Below, one piece after another: positions 60,281-64,000 of a DNA stretch of 64,000 bases (the first letter of the stretch is position 1; every line of letters starts with the position of its first letter). Under the pieces are notes generated by a model. It was not told the DNA's origin and made no database searches. It was given only the letters and a program-made list of their open reading frames with translations. Location: positions 15,128,001 through 15,192,000 of the forward strand of contig NC_086097.1 of the NCBI RefSeq assembly GCF_963921235.1, written 5' to 3'. The DNA is from Mobula hypostoma (taxonomy: Eukaryota). The translations under genes were made by a program, and so were the position numbers.

Positions 60281-62336
60281 TGTTGGACCAGAGGGCCTGC
60301 TGTCATGCTGTATGATTCTATGACATATGACTTCAATACCAAAAAAATTAATATTTTTGAGACATGATTCCCTGAGCCATGTTTTTATGCTGTAGTCATG
60401 CTACACTAGATCACGTAGCAAAAATGCTGAGGAAAAGCTAAATGCTGACTCCTAAAGAAGGGTCTCAGCACAAAACGTCCTCTACTTATTCATCTCCATA
60501 GATGCTGCCTGACCTGCTGGGATCCTCCAGCATTTTGTGGGTGCTGCTTTGTGGAAAAACTGAGTTGCATCTGACTCAACAGATGTTTTATAACTGTTCA
60601 GTGATTCTTGATTCTTTTGTTTTTTTAAATTTTGTATTCCCAGCAGCCACAGCATTTCAGTTCTGGAATTTTCCTTTGGGGCTGGACATCCTTATCCAAA
60701 ACAACGTGTAAAAATTGAAAATAACAAAAGCATAGAATTCCACCGCAGCAAGTGCCAGTCCACACAGCAAACAGCAATACCAACTTGTCAGGCCCATGCA
60801 TAAACTGCTCTATGGTTTGGAAGTACCAGCGTGCAATTCCTTGATGAATTACATTGCTTTGCAAGCTAAGGAGGGAGAAGAGAAGGCAAATTATTTAATC
60901 GCCATCAGGGAATCTGTCACCTTTACCTTCAAGTTTGAGACTCTGGCCCCCAAAACCGTGCCGCCCTATGCTATGGAGGAATCTTTACTGATGTATATGC
61001 AGAAAATGTTTCCTCTGTGAAGGACCATTTTTTAAAAATTAGTGGTGGCCCATTTAACACAGACTTTTTTGCTTGGAGGTTAATTCCATTTTCTGTACAT
61101 TCATGTGCCCATCCAAGACCCTCTTGAATGCTCCTATAATATCTGCCTCTACCAGCACCCCCAGCAGTGCATTCTCGGCACCCACCACCCTCAGTATAAA
61201 AAAACTTGCTCTGCACATCTTCCCCTGAACATACCCCTTCTCACTTCAAGTGCACGTCCTCTGGTATTCGGCATTTCAGTCCAAGATTGAAAAACAGATT
61301 GTTGATAGGCCAAGAAGCGAAAGGTTACGGGGGTAGGTGGGAATGCAGAGATGTGGTTACAATTGGGTCAACTGTGATGGCATTGAATGGTAGAACAAGC
61401 CTGAGGGGCCAAATGGCCTGGTCCTGTTGCCAATTTTTACATTTCCATGTTTCTGTTGAGAGAATTGTGTTCAGCATCATTGCTGTGAGGCCATTCTCGT
61501 CTTCCAGCCCAAGCCTCCTTATTAACATAAGGGAAAGGTTGGAGACGGAGACTAAAAGTGCTCGGCTTTAAAAGTAACTTTTACCTTAAGAACTGTATCC
61601 TATCACAGATATTCCCTCTGTTCTCTTGACTCTGCCTTTCTCTTCAACACAGAATGCAGCGTCTACAGTTTTTTTTGCATCAGGAGGAACAACTGCTCCC
61701 ATGACAAAATTGTCAGCTGCTAAAGTTGCTTTCTTTGGCTTGGATGGGGAACACCCAATTAGCCTACCAAGGCTGTATGAGAATCTAAGAGCAACACTCA
61801 CCCTCTCTGCTCTCTGAGCATATAAGAAAATAAGGAGCAGAACCAGGAGAAGGCCATTCAGCCCCTTGTACTGTTCCATCATTCAATATGGTGGCTGATC
61901 TCTTGCTACAGAACCACCTCCAAGCACTAACCTTAATATCATGCAATCAAATCATAACTGTCTTGAAAGTACTTGGTGACTGAGCATCTACAGAGTAAAG
62001 AATTCCAAAGACCCCCCCCCCCCCTGGGAAGAGATCTTCGGTCATCCCAGTCCTGAATTCCTGACCCCTTCATTTGTGACCATTACTCCTGCTTCCGGGC
62101 ACCCCAGGGAAAACAACACCCCTACATCTACCATCTCCATTACTCCCCTTAATAATTACACACAAGCTCATAAACACACACTCACTACACACACACACAC
62201 ACACAAAACACATGACTATGCACAATTAGATACAAACACACAAAACTACGCACATCATTAAGAATATGCAAAACCATAAACAGGTAGAAGTAGACACACA
62301 GATCACGTTACATACACACAGATCACATGCATATAC

Positions 62337-62675
62337 AGAATCAGATTTAGTATCACCAGCACATGTCAAGAAATTTGTTGTCTTTGCAGCAGCAGTACAA
62401 TGCATACATAATATATGGGAAAACATCATTTTCAGTAATATATATTAAATAGTTAAATTAAGTAAGTATTTGAAAAATAGAAATAAAATAGTAGTGAGGT
62501 AGTGTTCATGGCTTCAATGTCCATTTAGGAATCGGATGGCAGAAGGAAAGAAGCTGTTCCTGAATTGGTGAATATGTGCCTTCAGACTCCTGCACCTTCT
62601 TCCTGATGGTAGCAATGAGAAGAGGGCATGTCCTGGGTGATGGGGGTCCTTAATGATGGATGCAGCTTTTTTGAG

Positions 62676-62678
<3 letters not shown>
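62337..62678 (-). mobile_element. Rex/Babar-like LINE 3' fragment inside a CA-rich tract
   Basis: YLKKAASIIKDPHHPGHALFSLLPSGRRCRSLKAHIHQFRNSFFPSAIRFLNGH. Confidence 0.85.

Positions 62679-62715
<37 letters not shown>
62679..62715. repeat. (CA)n microsatellite within a degenerate CA-rich region (62158-62865)
   Basis: Seen directly. Confidence 0.95.
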
Positions 62716-62718
<3 letters not shown>

Positions 62719-63479
62719 AATACACAAAAATGCAAACACAAACACAAAACATATATGGACACATATACACAAATATAATCAAACACACATAAACACACAC
62801 AACCAGACTACAGAAATACAATTGCACGCAAACCAACCCCCAAACACCTATGACCACACACAATCACAAGCAGATGAACAGAGAAGTGAATTACTATTTT
62901 TATGCAAATATTTTCTCATTTTGCCTCAGGTTCTTTAGCCAGATCTGATTTTTGCAACAGATGACAAGCTGGAAGGGGAACATCTTAGTTTACTGCCTCA
63001 GACAGTTGTTGAAGATTCCTCGTCCTCATCACTCTGCTTCTCTACCATGAGAAGTGACAATCCATTTTGGAAGAAAACCAATTTGCCTTTCTCTCACAAA
63101 CAAAACAGCCTTTCTATTCATTGGATGCTTTCTCTTCTTTCAAAAATGTTGTTCAATAGGACATCCATTGTTCATGGTCACACCACAATATTGGCACATT
63201 CACAATCCTGTCAGTGGTGAGGTGTCCAAATATTTGCCTGCAATTAATGTCAGTCATTCTAAAATCAAATTGAAAGATGGATGCATTTTTAAATTAGAAA
63301 CTAAAGCATCCGCGATTATTAATGAAAAATCCTCACTGCACTGAGCAAGCTCCCTTCTGATGTGAAGTGACAGCTATGTTCAGAATATTATTAGGCATAC
63401 AATGAGCGAACTGCTTATGGTGGTGCAGATTAGACACCAGCTCTGAAGTTGGTTAAAAAGAGTATTGTTCGAAGGCTGG

Positions 63480-63561
63480 TGACCTCGTGGTCATGCACAA
63501 CAATAATTAAACTCCAGACAGACAATGGGTGCCTTCACAATGGGGACTTTCATCAATTGTT
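63480..63561. promoter_or_regulatory. Candidate enhancer motif cluster (4 SOX-type ACAAT sites, TAATTA, nuclear-receptor everted repeat, kB-like site)
   Basis: TGACCTcgTGGTCA 63480-63493, AACAAT 63499, TAATTA 63504, GACAATGG 63521, CACAATGG 63536, GGGGACTTTC 63542 and ATTGTT 63556, all in a repeat-free block. Confidence 0.35.
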
Positions 63562-64000
63562 TGCTGAAGAGGAATTTTTTTTGTGTTTATGATGCTAGAT
63601 ATTGCATTGCAGAATGAATCAAATTCACATTTCTTTTGGGAAAAGTGTGCAAATGGCCTCCTGTGGAAGGGCGGCCTAGCAGGTAGGCTTCCCTGGCAGC
63701 TAGCTCACAAACTGCACTCCTCGAAATGCCAGCTTGCTTTTAGCCTCGCAAGGACAAAGAGTCAAAGTGGAATTGCCAGGAAGCTGATCCAGGAGGTCTG
63801 ACTGCGAGCAGTTTCAGAGAGCATGAGGGCGCTGTCATGGCAACAGCCTACATTGGTCCGAAAGAGAATGTAAAACTGTCAACATTCCTACTTGGGGGAT
63901 TTACGTGCGTGATATTCAGTCACACGCCATGTACGGCAGCTAATGCTGTGGACCATAAATATAAGTACAACTTTAAATACGAGGGCAGCTACATGCAGCA

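Noticed and set aside
61586..61882. 98-aa ORF with an apparent signal peptide
   Set aside because: The hydrophobic N-terminus comes from a CR1/SINE 3' tail (gggctgaatggccttctcctg), and the remainder has no recognisable homology.

Overview
Eukaryotic, repeat-saturated vertebrate DNA. The mix of CR1 LINEs, Rex1/Babar-type LINEs, Penelope-like elements, V-type tRNA SINEs and small MITEs points to a cartilaginous fish, probably a ray or skate (inference). No complete gene is present. Nearly all longer ORFs in the track are decayed 3' ends of LINE reverse-transcriptase ORFs or microsatellite artefacts. The best host-gene signal is one frame-preserving 114-nt minus-strand exon (18249-18362) of an unidentified gene, so the window is probably mostly intronic. 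The most notable structures are: (1) a Penelope-like family with a minimal hammerhead ribozyme in its terminal repeat, about 15 copies, two with intact cores, including a TSD-bounded inverted-arm element and a 98-bp ribozyme-only insertion; (2) a 547-bp composite Tc1/mariner-type transposon made of two inverted palindromic MITEs around captured cargo; (3) a roughly 180-bp duplication flanking a LINE like a giant TSD; (4) an internally deleted Rex1 element; (5) hAT MITEs at the same site of two CR1 copies. Boundaries of old repeats are approximate (tens of bp). No database search was run, so family names come from motif recognition only.
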